This document shows positions 62,819 to 64,000 of a stretch of DNA of 64,000 bases, piece by piece. The notes under the pieces were generated by a model, which saw only the letters and a program-made list of their open reading frames with translations, searched no databases and was not told the DNA's origin. The stretch lies in the IMG/VR virus record IMGVR_UViG_2901802297_000002, positions 15,716-79,715 of that record, one strand, 5' to 3'. Origin of the DNA: a virus. Taxonomy: Duplodnaviria > Caudoviricetes. A program made the translations under genes and the position numbers. The stretch's first letter is position 1, and each line of letters opens with the position of its first letter.

Positions 62819-64000
62819 TTATCCGTTCAGTATTAAATTAGCCCATATAGTAGCTAGCTCTCGACGCCTATCAATATATAGTGCCCGGTTATAAGCCGCC
62901 GCCACTTTATCCTTGGATGCATGCGCAAGCATTAACTCAATCACATCATGATCCAGTGGGAAGCGCTCATTCATATTACTGGAGAATGTGGAGCGGAATC
63001 CATGCGGAACATGGCGCCCATGGTATCCAGCACGGTTGATCAAATACCCAATTGCATTCTCACTCATCGGCAGCTTAGGGCGTCTGGTGTTGGGGAACAA
63101 ATGCGGCCAGCGGCTTGAAAATGGTCTCACGGCCTGGACTACATCTACGGCCTGCGGAGATAGTGGAACAATATGCTCCCGGCTCATCTTCATACGCTCA
63201 GCCGGGATAATCCAGACAGGCTCCTGCGAATCTAAGCCATGGAATTCATCCCACATGGCAGCCCGCACTTCACCCGGACGCACAGCTGTCAGATATAATA
63301 GCCGAAATGCCAGCAATGTAACCGGATGCGCCACACAGCTTTCTACACGTGCAATCATCTCACGCGCCTGCTCTAGGTCAGTGATGGCAGGTTGACGATT
63401 GCGTATTACAGGGCGCAGCGCAGGTTTAACAATTCCGGCCGGATCTGTGTCTGCTCTCTCTGTTGCTATAGCATGTACAAACACATCGCTCATACGCTGG
63501 CGGATCCTATGCGCTGTTTCCACCGCTCCGCGCTCTTCAATACCTTTTAATATATGCAGCACAACCCGAGGTGTAATTTGTCCTGGCGGCAGATGCCCTA
63601 TGTGAGGGAACACATCACGCTCCAGACTGTGGATTACATCATAAGCATGCCTTGGCCGCCATAAATCCTTCCTCTGCTCGTACCACTCTCTGGCAACTGC
63701 CTCAAAGCTATCTTGCTGTTGAGGCTCAGCCAACAGGTGAGCAACCTTCCCTGCCTTATTCGGGTCTATCCCCTGCCGAAGCAGATCCTTAGCATTGTCA
63801 CGCATCATGCGTGCCTCACGCAAACCTACGGATGGATATGGCCCCAACGTAAGGGTCTGCTCTTTCCCTTGCTGCCGGTAACGCAGGCGCCAGAACTTCT
63901 TGCCTGTGGGCATTACATGCACAAACAGCCCTTCACTATCAGAAAGGCGATAGGCTTTCTCGGCTGCCTTAGCTGTCTTGACCTTGGAATCTGTCAGCAT
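62819..64000 (-). CDS. int: P4-like tyrosine integrase of prophage B
   Basis: MLTD..V, D.EGL..V.PTG.K.W, LG.YP arm domain; R..E, MK, HGFR, LAH, AYN. Confidence 0.95.
   Translation of the reverse strand: MLTDSKVKTAKAAEKAYRLSDSEGLFVHVMPTGKKFWRLRYRQQGKEQTLTLGPYPSVGLREARMMRDNAKDLLRQGIDPNKAGKVAHLLAEPQQQDSFEAVAREWYEQRKDLWRPRHAYDVIHSLERDVFPHIGHLPPGQITPRVVLHILKGIEERGAVETAHRIRQRMSDVFVHAIATERADTDPAGIVKPALRPVIRNRQPAITDLEQAREMIARVESCVAHPVTLLAFRLLYLTAVRPGEVRAAMWDEFHGLDSQEPVWIIPAERMKMSREHIVPLSPQAVDVVQAVRPFSSRWPHLFPNTRRPKLPMSENAIGYLINRAGYHGRHVPHGFRSTFSSNMNERFPLDHDVIELMLAHASKDKVAAAYNRALYIDRRRELATIWANLILNG

Larger units (their letters stand above)
17924..64000. mobile_element. Prophage B: lambda-like head, Mu-like contractile tail, P4-type integrase
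   Basis: Complete structural, lysis, replication and immunity modules; integrase at the right edge. Confidence 0.92.

Overview
The whole window is prophage DNA, most likely from an alphaproteobacterium of Acetobacteraceae type (host inferred, not shown). Two related but heteroimmune temperate prophages lie in tandem in the same orientation. Prophage A (<1..~17937) has an HK97-type head module (ClpP-like protease, portal, TerL, TerS, HNH), a hicAB moron, replication and immunity genes, and xis-int. Prophage B (~17924..>64000) is nearly complete, with a lysis cassette, GH43-like tailspike, Mu-like contractile tail, lambda-like head, replication and immunity genes, and a P4-type integrase. The junction is a 14-bp tRNA-Ser-like 3' end flanked by arm-type repeats. 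Main signals: (1) both prophages carry, at the start of the late operon, a second tyrosine recombinase with its own 11-6-11 core site and identically spaced accessory boxes, inside a conserved cassette (PemK-like gene, hairpin, membrane micropeptide, site, recombinase, DUF3164); (2) an AT-rich, translationally coupled three-gene moron (TIGR04255-like, small protein, QGD/SNSCD protein) that looks like a toxin-antitoxin-chaperone or defence system; (3) four copies of a covarying two-hairpin leader in front of unrelated antisense micro-genes between cro and cII; (4) an ORF-less ~230-nt structured RNA candidate with its own promoter; (5) a LexA box downstream of a repressor that lacks a peptidase domain. 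All family calls come from motif recognition by eye; no searches were run.
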